Source: Stegostoma tigrinum (taxonomy: Eukaryota). Taken from it: a stretch of DNA of 64,000 nt. The stretch covers positions 3,668,582-3,732,581 of the forward strand of contig NC_081401.1 in the NCBI RefSeq assembly GCF_030684315.1, given 5' to 3'. The translations under genes and the position numbers were made by a program. The notes under the pieces were generated by a model. It searched no databases. It saw only the letters and a list, made by a program, of their open reading frames with translations, and had not been told where the DNA came from. Shown here in pieces: positions 50,673 to 62,886 of this stretch; position 1 is the first letter of the stretch, and each line of letters begins with the position of its first letter.

Positions 50673-51975
50673 CCAAACCACATTGCATCGCATTTCTCTG
50701 CATTTAAATGCATCTACCAGATATCTGCCAAGTTGTTAATGTCTCGCAGTGTCATCCTCACAATTCATGCCCCCACGTTACTTCGTATAATTTACAAAAT
50801 GTGAAGATTTTGAATTCAACACCCATCTCCAAATCGTTGATTTCAATCAGAAAATAAGAAAGGTTCCAACACGGATCGCTGGGGACCATCAATTTCAACT
50901 CATCTCCAGTCTGAGAAATGGCATCATACCTGTCCTTTGTTTTCAATATTTGAGCTAACTCGAATCCGTGTTCCCAAACGCCGATCAATCCCAAACATTT
51001 CTTAATTGCTAACCATTTGTTTCGTAATCCATATAAAATGATTTCTGACTGTCCAACTATAAAACATCCATAGCATCATCCATTGCCTTCTTCACTTTGT
51101 CAACAAACTCAATCAGATTTGACAGGCATTGCATGCCCTTGACAAAGCCAAATAAAAGCCAAAAGAACTTTAGATGCTGTAAACAGGAACAAAAACAATG
51201 TTGCTGGAATAGCTCAGCAGGTCTGGCAGTATCTGTGATGGAGAAAACAGAACTAATGTTTTGGATCCGGTGAGAACTGACAAAGCCACATTGGCTGTCC
51301 AGCATTTTCTGATTTTTCTCTCAGTCTATTTTCCCTTACATTGTATAATCACCTGCATAAGTTATTTTTTCCACTACTGACATGAGACTGGCAAGTCTTT
51401 GGTTTCCTGGGTCATTGTTTGCTATTATTTCAAATAACAGTTCCATATTTACGATCTTCCAGTCTCATAGGGCTAATCCAGTTTGCAGAGAGGCCTGAAA
51501 ATTTTCTGTCAACGACTTTGCACTTTGCACTTTGCACGCTAACCATTTTCAGCAATCTTGACTGTGTCTCATCTCTGTCTAATCGCTTGTCTCCCAAGCG
51601 TGCTGCCAACCTCTGCACAACCTCTCCTTCTTGCATTGCTATCCTGCTCAATTTTTTAATAAGTACATTTTTGAATGGGCCATTGACAACATCTTCTTAT
51701 TGGTAAAGACAGAAGCAAAGTATTTGCTTGGTAGATCTGTAAAATAAGTTGCTTCAGTCTGCAGCTTACTCTGTTCAGTGTGATGCATAATCTATCATTC
51801 AATAATATTATATTATTAACATGACTGAAGATATCACCATTTGTTTCAATACAACCTGACATACTTTCTCTCTGCTTTCTCTTAACCATGCTTATTCAAG
51901 CCTGAATCTCTTGCCCACATTTGTGATACTGTTCCTGATTTTTATTGCAATCATCATTCTGATATGCATCATATA
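50673..51975 (-). mobile_element. Old CR1 ORF2 fragment (duplication copy B) containing a short PLE element at 51151-51277
   Basis: QCLSNLIEFVDKVKKAMD. Homologous to 19905-21195. Confidence 0.78.
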
Positions 51976-52064
51976 CCAGAAATAACACGGTGTGAAGCCG
52001 GATGAACACAGCAGGCCAAGCAGCATCAGAGGAGTAGGAACATTTGATATCTTGGGTCGGGATA

Positions 52065-52197
52065 CTTGGAGGAAGCCCATGCAGACGCGGGGAGAACATG
52101 TAAACTTTACACAGAATGTCACCCGAGGGTGGAATCGAATGTGCATCCCTGTTGCTGTGAGGCATCAGTACTAACCACTGAGCCAACATGCCACCCT
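52065..52197 (-). mobile_element. HE1-type SINE 5' part
   Basis: Minus strand gggtggcatgttggctcagtggttagtactgatgcctcacagc..attcgattcc, with A- and B-box-like motifs. Confidence 0.85.
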
Positions 52198-52872
52198 AAA
52201 AAAAAGAATCACAGCAAAAAATATGGTCTTGTCTTCTTATAACTGTAGTGCCTGTACAATTGGGAGGTTATGATTCAGTTATACAGGGCATAGGTGCATC
52301 CACATCCGAAATGTTGTGTACAGTCCTGGGCACCGTATTTACAGAAGGATGTTAATGCTTTAAACGCAATTCAGAGAAGCTTTCCCCGACTAAAAGTTCA
52401 AATGAGAGGATTACCTTATGAGGAAAAGCTAAACTTCCCATGAGTCTCGCGTCAGTGGGAAGGAAATTAGACAACAAGATTCTCAGGGACAAGATTTAGA
52501 AGCAACTAGATTGATTTGAGACAAACAACATGATTTTGTAAGGAGGAGGGCGTGCCTCACTAACGTGATGAAGATTCTTTTGAGGTGGTGATGAAAACAA
52601 TGAGGGAAAGGCAGTTGGTGCTGTTGACACGGACTTCACTGAAAAGTTTGACAAAGACCTTCATGGTAGACTTTTACGAAAGGTGAAGTCACATGGTGTG
52701 AGGTATGAGCTGACAAGATGGATACAGAACTGGCTTTATCACAGGAGACAGAAGGTAGCGGTGGAAGGATGTTTTTCAGAATGGAGGGTTGTGACTAATG
52801 TTGTTCCATAGGAATCACTGCTGGAACGTCTGCTGTTCATTATCTACAGAAATGAATCCGAGGAAAACGTAG

Positions 52873-55076
52873 AAGGAGAAGGAGAGGATTAGGCAGAATG
52901 GGAGGATATTTAATTGGGGAAGAGGAATCTATGATGCGATTAGACATGAGTTAGGAAGCATGGGCTGGGAGCAGTTGTTCCATGGTAAGGGAACTATCGA
53001 CATGTGGAGACGGTTTAAGGAACAGTTGTTGGGAGTGATGAGTAAATATGTCCCTCTGAGACAGGCAAGAACGGGTAAGATTAGGGAACCTTGGATGACG
53101 AGAGCGGTGGAGCTTCTAGTGAAAAGGAAGAAGGTAGCTTACATAAGGTGGAGGAAGCTAGGGTCAAGCTCAGCTAGAGAGGATTACATGCAGGCAAGGA
53201 AGGAGCTCAAAAATGGTCTGAGGAGAGCCAGGAGGGGGCACGAGAAAGGCTTGGCAGAAGGAATCCGGGAAAACACAAAGGCATTTTACACTTATGTGAG
53301 GAATAAGAGAATGGTCAAATAAAGAGTAGGGCCGATCAGGGATAGCATAGGGAACTTGTGTGTGGAGCCTGAGGAGGTAGGGGAAGCCCTAAATGAGTTT
53401 TTTGCTTCTGTCTTTACGAAAGAAACAAACTTTGTAGTGAATGAAACCTTTGAAGAGCAGGTGTGCATGCTGGAATGGATAGAGATAGACGAAGCTGATG
53501 TGCTGAAAATTTTGTCAAACATTAAGATTGACAAGTCGCCAGGCCCGGATCAGATTTGTCCTCGGCTGCTTTGGGAAGCGAGAAATGCAATTGCTTCGCC
53601 ACTTGCGAAGATCTTTGCATCCTCGCTTTCCACTGGAGTCGTACCTGAGGACTGGAGAGAGGCAAATGTAATTCCTCTCTTCAAGAAAGGAAATAGGGAA
53701 ATCCCCGGCAATTATAGACCGGTAAGTCTCACGTCTGTCGTCTGCAAGGTGTTAGAAAGGATTCTGAGGGATAAGATTTATGACCATCTGGAAGAGCATG
53801 GCTTGATCAAATACAGTCAACACGGCTTTGTGAGGGGTAGGTCATGCCTTACAAACCTTATTGAGTTTTTTGAGGATGTGACTAGAAAAGTTGATGAGGG
53901 TCGAGCTGTGGATGTGGTGTATATGGACTTCAGTAAGGCATTTGATAAGGTTCCCCATGGTAGGCTCATTCAGAAGGTCAGGAGGAATGGGATACAGGGG
54001 AACTTAGCTGCTTGGATACAGAATTGGCTGGCCAACAGAAGACAGCGAGTGGTAGTAGAAGGAAAATATTCTGCCTGGAAGTCAGTGGTGAGTGGAGTTT
54101 CACAGGGCTCTGTCCTTGGGCCTCTACTGTTTGTAATTTTTATTAATGACTTGGACGAGGGGATTGAAGGATGGGTCAGCAAGTTTGCAGACGACACAAC
54201 GGTCGGAGGTGTCGTTGACAGTGTAGAGGGCTGTTGTAGGCTGCAGCGGGACATTGACAGGATGCAGAGATGGGCTGAGAGGTGGCAGATGGAGTTCAAC
54301 CTGGATAAATGCGAGGTGATGCATTTTGGAAGTTCGAAAATGAAAGCTGAGTACAGGATTAAGGATAGGATTCTTGGCAGCGTGGAGGAACAGAGGGATC
54401 TTGGTGTGCAGATACATAGATCCCTTAAAATGGCCACCCAAGTGGACAGGGTTGTTAAGAAAGCATATGGTGTTTTGGCTTTCATTAACAGGGGGATTGA
54501 GTTTAAGAGTCGTGACATCTTGTTGCAGCTCTATAAAACTTTGGTTAGACCGCACTTGGAATACTGCATCCAGTTCTGGGCGCCCTATTATAGGAAAGAT
54601 GTGGATGCTTTGGAGAGGGTTCAGAGGAGGTTTACCAGGATGCTGCCTGGACTGGAGGGCTTATCTTATGAAGAGAGGTTGACTGAGCTCGGTCTCTTTT
54701 CATTGGAGAAAAGGAGGAGGAGAGGGGACCTAATTGAGGTATACAAGATAATGAGAGGCATAGATAGAGTTGATAGCCAGAGACTATTTCCCAGGGCAGA
54801 AATGGCTAGCACGAGGGGTCATAGTTTTAAGCTGTTTGGAGGAAAGTATAGAGGGGATGTCAGAGGCAGGTTCTTTACGCAGAGAGTTGTGGGAGCATCG
54901 AATGCGTTGCCAGCAGCAGTTGTGGAAGCAAGGTCATTGGGGTCATTTAAGAGACTGCTGGACATGTATATGGTCACAGAAATTTGAGGGTGCATACATG
55001 AGGATCAATGGTCGGCACAACATTGTGGGCTGAAGGGCCTGTTCTGTGCTGTACTGTTCTATGTTCTATGTTCTAT
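52873..55076 (+). mobile_element. Young 5'-truncated CR1 LINE (HER1-like)
   Basis: Continuous ORF2 frame with one stop at 53320-53322. (GTTCTAT)n tail. GTAG on both sides, at 52869-52872 and 55077-55080. Confidence 0.97.
53356..54987 (+). CDS. CR1 ORF2 reverse transcriptase (543-aa open segment of a truncated element)
   Basis: KSPGPD, PEDWREANVIPLFKKG, NYRPVSLTS, QHGF, YMDFSKAFDKVPH, QGSVLGPLLF, KFADD, RPHLEYC. Confidence 0.93.
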   Translation: MCVEPEEVGEALNEFFASVFTKETNFVVNETFEEQVCMLEWIEIDEADVLKILSNIKIDKSPGPDQICPRLLWEARNAIASPLAKIFASSLSTGVVPEDWREANVIPLFKKGNREIPGNYRPVSLTSVVCKVLERILRDKIYDHLEEHGLIKYSQHGFVRGRSCLTNLIEFFEDVTRKVDEGRAVDVVYMDFSKAFDKVPHGRLIQKVRRNGIQGNLAAWIQNWLANRRQRVVVEGKYSAWKSVVSGVSQGSVLGPLLFVIFINDLDEGIEGWVSKFADDTTVGGVVDSVEGCCRLQRDIDRMQRWAERWQMEFNLDKCEVMHFGSSKMKAEYRIKDRILGSVEEQRDLGVQIHRSLKMATQVDRVVKKAYGVLAFINRGIEFKSRDILLQLYKTLVRPHLEYCIQFWAPYYRKDVDALERVQRRFTRMLPGLEGLSYEERLTELGLFSLEKRRRRGDLIEVYKIMRGIDRVDSQRLFPRAEMASTRGHSFKLFGGKYRGDVRGRFFTQRVVGASNALPAAVVEARSLGSFKRLLDMYMVTEI

Positions 55077-56264
55077 GTAGCTGGTCTGATGAGTAAGTTT
55101 GTGGATGATGCAAAGATTGGTGGAGTTACGAATATTGAGGGTGATTGTCATAGGATACAATAGGATATAGATCAGTCGGAGGCATGTGCAGAAAAATGGA
55201 AGATGAAGTTTAATCCAGAGAAATTGGGAGGTGATGCATTTTGGAAGGTCAAGTGCAGATGGAAATTTATGCAGTGAATGTGCAAACCCTTCGGAGTATT
55301 GATATGCAGAGATTTGGATGTGTAGATCTACAGATCAAACAAAGTAGCAGCACAGGTAGACACGGTATTAAAAAAAATGCCTGTGGTATCTTTAACGTCA
55401 AAGGAAGAGATATTACGTTTGAGAGTAGACAAGTGATGCTGCAACTTTACAGGACTTTAGTTAGGCTACACTTGGAATATTGCATGCGGCTCTGTTCACA
55501 ACACTACTCGAAGAATGTTGATCATTTGGAGGTGGTGCAGAAAATGTTTAAAAGGATGTGGACTGACATGGAGGATTTTAGCTATGCAGGAAAATTGGAT
55601 AAATGGCGTGTGTTTACACTAGAAAACAATCAGTTCAGGGGCGACCTGACAGAATTTTACAAGTTTCTGAATGTCATGGATATCGAGTGGAAAAAAATGA
55701 TGTCTTTTCCCAGGGTGTAAGGGTCAATTACTCGGGAACACAGTTTCGAGGCTCAGTGTGTGGCGGGGTGAGTCAGTGGTCGGAGGGGTAGGTGTATATA
55801 AAACAGATGTGCAAGGCCCGTTTATCACGCAAAAGTGACTAGAATGTGCTGCCAGATGCGGTGCTGAAAGCAGGTACAATCGCAGCATTCAAGAGGCACT
55901 TGGACTCTTCACTGCCCCTCACTGTCAACGGCACCACCAAACATGTCCCTAATTCTCACTGATGCCCCTGTAGAGGGTGCAGAGGACAGGAGAGACCCAC
56001 AGTGTGCCCTTCACAACTATCACATCTTTCACTTCTGCAGTGGACAAAACAAGATGCAAAACTTAGAGAGTGATTTGGACATAAACACAAAAATCCCCCC
56101 TGCCAAATAGCTCACATTGACAGTTCTGAAGAGAGCTGTCTCTCCGAGAGTCTCACAGCTGACACATACTTGTTATCTGCAGATGAACGCCTCAGTCAAT
56201 CTCTCTCCATTTACACACACACTCACAGATTCCATACTGTGAAGAACTCAGCCCATCACATTTT

Positions 56265-56480
56265 TTTTCCCGTTCAGATGATTTAGATGTCACTGGCTTG
56301 GATCACATTTTGTTGTCCATCCCGAGTTGCTGTGCTGAGAAATTGGTTCTGAGCTGTGTTCTTGACCCACTGCAGTACATATGCTGTAGGTTCAACCGCA
56401 ATGCCCTTCGGGAGGGAATACTAGGTTTTTGATCTTGCAAAACTGAGGGAATGGTGATATATTTCTAATGTCAGGATATC
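56265..56480 (-). mobile_element. 3' end of the second LINE family
   Basis: Reverse complement resembles 10570-10770 and 2930-3120. Confidence 0.6.
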
Positions 56481-57534
56481 TAATAATGCTTAAGGATCTA
56501 ATTTAATATGAAATTTCAATGTTGCATTCTGACAGTTTTTCACATTTTATTTTATTTGATGAGCTGTTTGAGGAACTATATTATGACCTCAGTGATATAT
56601 CTCCAAATATTACAAAAACAGCCACAAGAAATATCCACAGTATCGATATCACGAGAGCCTCACAGAATCAGTACCACTTTAGGGTCAATTCTATGGTTTG
56701 GGTCAGAAACATTGTGTGAGAAGTGTGCAATTTTGCAAAGTTGTGATATCTGCTGACCACTGTGCAGCCGTCAGTGATCTCGTTGAATCCTTATCTGGTG
56801 ATAATGAGAAGGGCTTTGGTTAAACCCCTGATGGTAGCTGGACGCACTCTCCCGCGGTCCATATCTCACAAAAAATAGGAAGAATTCCAAACAGCAAAAA
56901 GAAGAAATAAACAAAATAACGAAACAGTGTGACTGAGTGAGATAACAGAGGAATTGTGAATCTACAAGCTGATTATATTGCTTTTCCCGATCAAAGCTGC
57001 TGAAATTTGTTCTGTCTCAAAAAAGTGACACAATTACACACATTTTGACACAAAGTGTTTTTAGACCAGTGTTGAAAGGAAGTAGATATTCTAAACTGTG
57101 AGGGGAAAAGAGAGTAAAAAGTCTTAGGAGTAAACACATTCCTTTGAAATATTGAAAAAAAAAATCATCCACCAGGGATTGTCCCGACTAATGGAAACTG
57201 ATGAATGTCAGTTTGAATCATAGAGGAAGGTGAATTAAAGGACATTTTCCTTAAAGAGAAGGCTGGAAAATATCTGGAAGACCAATAAAATATGACATTT
57301 ACGTTCATTTGTCGAGAAAAAACAGTCAATGCATGTGATAGACATATTTCGGTTCATGAGAAGAGCTTCCAATAATGAAAGCGTACATGTGATCAAACTT
57401 GAGAAAGAAGCAGATATGTTCGGCCTGAATCGTTACAGCAAGGATCAGCACAGCAAAACGTGCTCGTTGTCATGATTACCTGTGTTCTAGCTAAACAAGT
57501 GAGAGGAACAATGTCTTTGTCACGTATAAAAACT

Positions 57535-59190
57535 AAAAACTAATAGAACTGCAGATGCTGTAAATTTGGAACAAAAACAAAGTTTCTGTAAAGGCTCAAC
57601 AGGCCTGGCAGCATCTGTGAAGGAGAAAACAGAGTTAATGTTTCTTTTCCGGTGACAGATCCTCAGGACTGAGGATGGCTAAGAAAACTTCAGTTTATGT
57701 GCAGAAAATAGGTAGGTCGCTGGGGGAGGGAGTAAACGATAGGATAGAGCAAAAAGAGAGAGAAAGGCAGGTGGACAGACAAAGGAGTTGATCAGGAACA
57801 GGCTGGGAGGGTAAATAGTTGTCAATGTGGACTGCTAGTGACTAACAACAGTGGGTGTGTAATGGCCGGCTACGTGGGAAGAAGGCCTGGTGTGTGGGGT
57901 TGGGGGGCTCGGAGATGGGAGAGTTTAGGCCCTAAAATTATTGATTTCAGCATTGAGTCGGAAGGGCTGTGGAGTCCCCAGGCGAAAAATGAAACCTTGT
58001 TCCTGCAGCTTGCATTGGGCTTTACTGGAAAACTGGAGCAAGCCAGAGACAGAGATGTTGGCCAGAGAGCAGGGTGCCATTGATGTGACAGGCAACGGGT
58101 AGTTCAGGGTCTTTTTTGCGAGCAGGAGGTGAAGTCTAGATGGCTACAGGGTTCTCAATGGAAAAAAAAAATGAGGCACTGACATTCCGCGAGGGCTAAG
58201 CTTTGCTGGAGCACTGCAACAAATCTGAAGCAGAGCTGTTGGCCAGACAATACTGTGGTGGTGTTGACGTGAGAAGTAGCAGAATGTTCAGGGTCAATTT
58301 TTGGAGACAGAACCGAATTATTATGAAAGCCATCACCCAGTGTGCACATCGTTTCCAAAATTTAGAGGAAACCACGTTCTGAGCACAGGCTCACCAGGAA
58401 GGTATTTCTGGGGCCTTGGAGAGTGAAGAGGGAGGATGTAAACATTACATCTTCTGCAGATGTTACATTTTCCGCAATTGCAGGGAAAGTTGTAGTGAGG
58501 CTGTGGGGATGTGTTGGGAGTGAAGCAGGAATGGACAAAAGTGTCTTGGAGGGAATAGTCATTGTGGATGATGGACACAGGTGGAGAGAGGATGATGTGA
58601 CTAGCTGTGGCATTCCACTAGCGATGGCAAAAATGGAGGCTTATAATCATGTGTATGTAGATACTGTTGGGATGGTAGCAGAGGATAAAAGGGACTCTAT
58701 TATTGTTGTGGGGGGTGCAGGTGGGGGGCAAAGGAGTGACAAAAGCTGAAGAAAGCTGAGGGCCCTGACAACCACAGTCCTGGGGAATCCTCGATTGAGA
58801 AAGAAGGTGTACATTTTGGAGGCACCCTTATCGACGTCCGCATCATCAAAACAGAAATAGCAGAGACAGAGGAGCTGGAATAATGGTAATGAAGTCCTTA
58901 CAGGAAACAGGGCGTGAGAATGTAAAGCCAAGGCAAAAGTAGGGCTCAGTTGGTTTGTAACGGATGTCAGCAGGCACTCTATCTCTCGAAACAGAGATAG
59001 TGAGCAAGAAAAGGGAGGGGTGAAAGGAATTAATGAAAATGAGAGCGGAATGGGGCACTGCTTTGTTCTTAAGAAAGTGAAAAGAGTTAAAAGCGTCGTC
59101 TTTTATGGTGAGAGCACCCTCAGCCAGAGGGATGGGGTAGGTGCTGAATGGGGATATCGAGCACTGTGAAACCATCCGGATGAACCGGTA
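57535..59190 (-). mobile_element. Degraded Penelope-like element (family 2), paralog of 22985-24560
   Basis: DIRYKPTE, ASKMYTFFLNRGFPRTVV, SLQDTFVHS, CNCGKCNIC. Confidence 0.78.
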
Positions 59191-60787
59191 CATCAGGGTT
59201 CATTGATGATTCGGGCAGAGAAGTGTGCAATGGTGAACACAAACAATTTGAATGCCATCTTTTGGAAAAAACGGACAGTGGTAACATGAAAAGCGGAGAT
59301 GAACCAGCCAGGAAAATGAAGGAGATGCAAACACAAGCAGCAGTGGAAGAGAAATATCTGACTGAAAGGGTGTTGCATCGATAGGATTTGTACACACATT
59401 TTATTTTCTCCTGATTGTGGAAGAATGAATCATTGGGGTAAAATTTAAGGATTTCGGATTCGTTCAGAGACATTTTATTCCTGCATTTCAGAGATGCAAT
59501 CACAAGTTGTTGTCTTCTGTAATAAAAGAGATCGTCAAGAGAAAAAAAATCTGATGACAGATGAAATAATGAAAAGTAAATTAGATGGGGAAAGAATTAG
59601 TGCAGCTGGCTAATTAGTTGATAGATGAGGTCGTGGTATTTGCGATGCAAGGAAATATAATATTTGTAAAATTGAATGAAGCAGCTGATACCCCATTGGT
59701 ATGATCCTCCAATGAATGATATCACAGGACCATCGATGAGGTTCTTCGTTTAATCTATCCGAACAAACAGGCAATGAGCTAACATCAACTTTGGTAAAAG
59801 TAGGCCATGCAAAGACTTCACGACAGAAGTGGCATATTCTGTGGAATCGAATGCCGCACAGGGAGAAAGAAGCACAATGATAAAACTGAATAACTTCCAG
59901 AAAAGTTGTAAAGTTTACAGCATTGCTTGAAAAGTTAGAATATGTGGTAACTCCCTGCATTTGGTAAGCCATTAAACATATTCTGAAAATCTGCAATACA
60001 CAGGCAAAGTGGTGACTAAGATTGGGAAGCACTGATTACAACGAAAAATGCATGTCAGGTTATCATGGTACAGTCATTTACCCATTTATATTGATTGTAC
60101 ACTTTTAGCCCCGACCAACTATCAGAAGTGATGAGACACTATGCATCTGAACCACCCAGTTGTTTGTTGATTTTCGTGGGCGAAATACACCAGATAGAAG
60201 GATCAATGAAGTTATACAAAACGATAAAGATGCAGAAGAGAAGGCGATATAATTCAAAGAGCAGCTGCCTGAAACTCAGTGCTCGTGGCAACATTGAGAC
60301 CAGTTTGGCCTGGTGAACGTAGAGATATGAAAAGGTTGGTAGGTCCCAGAAAGAACTGTCACAGATGTTCTGAAACTAATTCTCAAAGACACAAGAAATG
60401 GAAGAGCAGAGATATCACAGTTGGATTTGGTGTGAAGCAGATTATAGATACATAATATTCCATCAGAAGCATTTGTGGCCGCGGAGGTCAAACACACTTC
60501 GTGACAGTTTGATTGACATCAGAAGAAAAATTTCCATTGCCAATTCAGTTGAGAGAGACCAGATATTCCTTCACTGATTTTTTTTCTCATTTCTACAGAT
60601 CTGCTGTTTCACTCAAACAAAAAATTACCTAACTATGTTTGTTAAATGACTGTGAATAATGTGAGTGATGTAACTGATTGATTCCCTGAAGGTTTGCTGC
60701 TTAAATAAATGTAGACTTCTTTCTTAGTCTTGGATGTGGCTGATCAGAGTGTTTCAGCTCGACAGAAACCACTCACTCTCACACAAA

Positions 60788-60857
60788 ATGGAGAAGGCTG
60801 CAATTTTGCTCGTGAAAGAGATTTACTACCCCATACTTGCATTGGTTGCTCTTCCTG
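60788..60857 (+). pseudogene. GPR139-like copy 3, coding exon 1 (intact)
   Basis: MEKAAILLVKEIYYPILALVALP followed by G|GTGAGT. Differs from copy 2 exon 1 at 6 of 70 nt. Confidence 0.9.
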
Positions 60858-61129
60858 GTGAGTCGATTTAGTTTTAAACCGAATTATCTCAATCAACTTA
60901 TTCAGAAATGTTTTACACACCTCTGTAGCAGGTGGATTTGATCAGGATTTCTCAGTTGAGGTTCAGCTACAATGCCAATGCCTCACAAGACGGCCTAATG
61001 AGGCATTATCATCTAAATGTGTTGATCCCAATGTCACTACTGTCCCTGGTTCTTCGCACGTTGAGTCAAATCACCGATTTCTTCCATGTCAACGTTTCAT
61101 AACTTATTTTGAAAGCTAGCTGACCAATG

Positions 61130-61460
61130 GGAGCTCAGTGGTTGGCACTGCTGCCTCGCCGTGAAAGGAATCCGATCGAAATCCTGCCTCATGCCACTGA
61201 TGGTGTAGAGTTTGCACATTACCTCCGTGCCTGTGTGGGTTTCCTCTGGCTGCTTCGATTTCCAACCATGGAAAGAAAAAATAAACTTGCAGGTGAGGTG
61301 GATTGGTCACGCTTAATTGTCCATAGTGTCTAGGGATGTGCAGGCTCGGTGGTTTAGCTATGGTAAATGCAGGGTTACGGCAAAGGGCAGGGGAGTGGAT
61401 CTGGGCAAGATGGTCACTGGAGTGTTGGTGTGGACAAGATGCTGGATGGAGTCTGTGATT
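61130..61460 (+). mobile_element. HE1-type SINE (intronic)
   Basis: 'gctcagtggttggcactgctgcctc', 'gagtttgcacatt', 'aggtggattggtcacgc'. Paralog of 27240-27560. Confidence 0.85.
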
Positions 61461-61710
61461 ATATTAACGTTGCATTCTAATATCTGATTTCATTTCATCT
61501 TGCTGGTGTTACAATAAAGTCCCTCAGTGATCCCTTGTATCTGTGAGCTCATTGTTATCACTTTTCAACTGATCTCAGTGACAGTTGACTAAAAAAACAT
61601 TTCGCAGACTTCTGATTGAATGAAACTGACTCGGATTATCGTATTATTCATGATTATTATCCTGAATCAGGCATTGGTACATTATTCACTGTTTTTTTTT
61701 TCTCTCATAG

Positions 61711-62602
61711 CAAACTTGGCTACAATTTGTATTATTTCACAAAGAAAATGCGGCCTTTCCAAGTGTGTCACTGTTTACATGGTGACCATGGCAACAACAG
61801 ATCTACTGGCCCTGATCAACAATGTAGTACTCTATTACATCTTCAGTTATCATTTTCCTTGGTCATTCATGTCCCTTACTCCTCTTTGCAGAGTCAACAG
61901 TCAGTGACTGCTGTCACTCCTGATTTATCTGTTTGGTGCGTTGTCTGCTTCACATTTGACTGATTTGTCCTGATCTGCTGCCAGAAGATCCAAGCAAAGT
62001 ATTGTTCCAGAAGAACTGCAATCAAACCGGTATTAACTATCACGTTTGTGATTGTTCTGATGGAAATACCTGTATTGTATGCTTATGAACCTGAACAAAT
62101 TATAAACAAAGTGCAGTGGGGCTGCCGATCAAGAGAAGCGTTTTTCTCATCTTCTGCAGGCACAGGATATGTCTGGTTTCACAGCGCCTGTGTCGTTTGG
62201 ATACCCTTTTCTCTGATTGTCTTGTGCAATTCATTAATTATCAAATGTATCCTACTGGCAAATAGAATCCACACTGGGCTTTGGAGCTGCCAGGGCGGGA
62301 ATGAATGTGACTCAGAAATGGAGAACCGCAGAAAATCCATCATTTTATTATTCTCCATAACAGTAAGTTTCTTTTTGCTCTGGTTACCACTTTCCATGGC
62401 GTTCGGCATTACCAAACTGACAGGCACCAATTATTACCAAGGAAAGATCACAGACCCTGACTTGATCGCCATGGAATCGGCAGAAATGTTGACATATTTT
62501 AGCTGCTTTCTAAACCCTTGTATTCATGCAGCGACTCAGAGTAAATTCAGAGCGGAGCTGATAAAAATGGCCAAATGTCAATGGATTATATTCTGGAGAT
62601 AG
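61711..62602 (+). pseudogene. GPR139-like copy 3, coding exon 2 (frameshift and nonsense codon)
   Basis: Acceptor ttctctcatag|CAAAC. ANLATICIISQRKCGLSKCVTVYMVTMATTDLL. Net 1-nt deletion at ~61897-61905. DRF has become D*F (TGA at 61961-61963). The frame is then open to ..FLNPCIHAATQSKFRAEL..WR*. Confidence 0.93.
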
Positions 62603-62749
62603 GTTTGACAGAAGTCTGCAAAATAGCTTCAGCCAAACAATTGGTTCTGATCAACAAAGTTTTATTTTCTCGTCTGTCTTTATCAAAAAATATACACGAT
62701 TCATTTCTATGTTTATGTGTTTTGGATTTCCTATTACACATTTGATGTG

Positions 62750-62886
62750 AATTCTGAGGAAGGGTCAGCAGCCCGGAAATGTTAAGTCTGATTTCTCTTC
62801 ACAGATGGTGCCAGGCCTGCTGAGATTTTCCAGCAGAATGATGTGTTTGTTTCTGATTTACACCATCAGTGGTTCTTTCAGTTTTT
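62750..62886 (+). mobile_element. Short PLE family-2 terminal element beginning at the hammerhead motif
   Basis: CTGAGGA-A-GGGTCAGCAGCCC-GGAAATGTT at 62754-62783. TTTGATGTG on both sides, at 62741-62749 and 62890-62898. Confidence 0.78.

Larger units (their letters stand above)
52450..55905 (+). mobile_element. Older CR1 RT fragment split by a young CR1
   Basis: Left part ends ..EENV at 52872; right part resumes at 55081 with AGLMSKFVDDAK. Confidence 0.85.

Noticed and set aside
52140-52197. tRNA-like sequence
   Set aside because: It is the head of an HE1-type SINE that continues into SINE body, with no complete cloverleaf.
56500-57510. Non-repeat block (partly shared with 22300-22980) with TM-like minus-strand peptides
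   Set aside because: Frequent stops in both copies and no GPCR or other recognisable motif; sharing is explained by the duplication.
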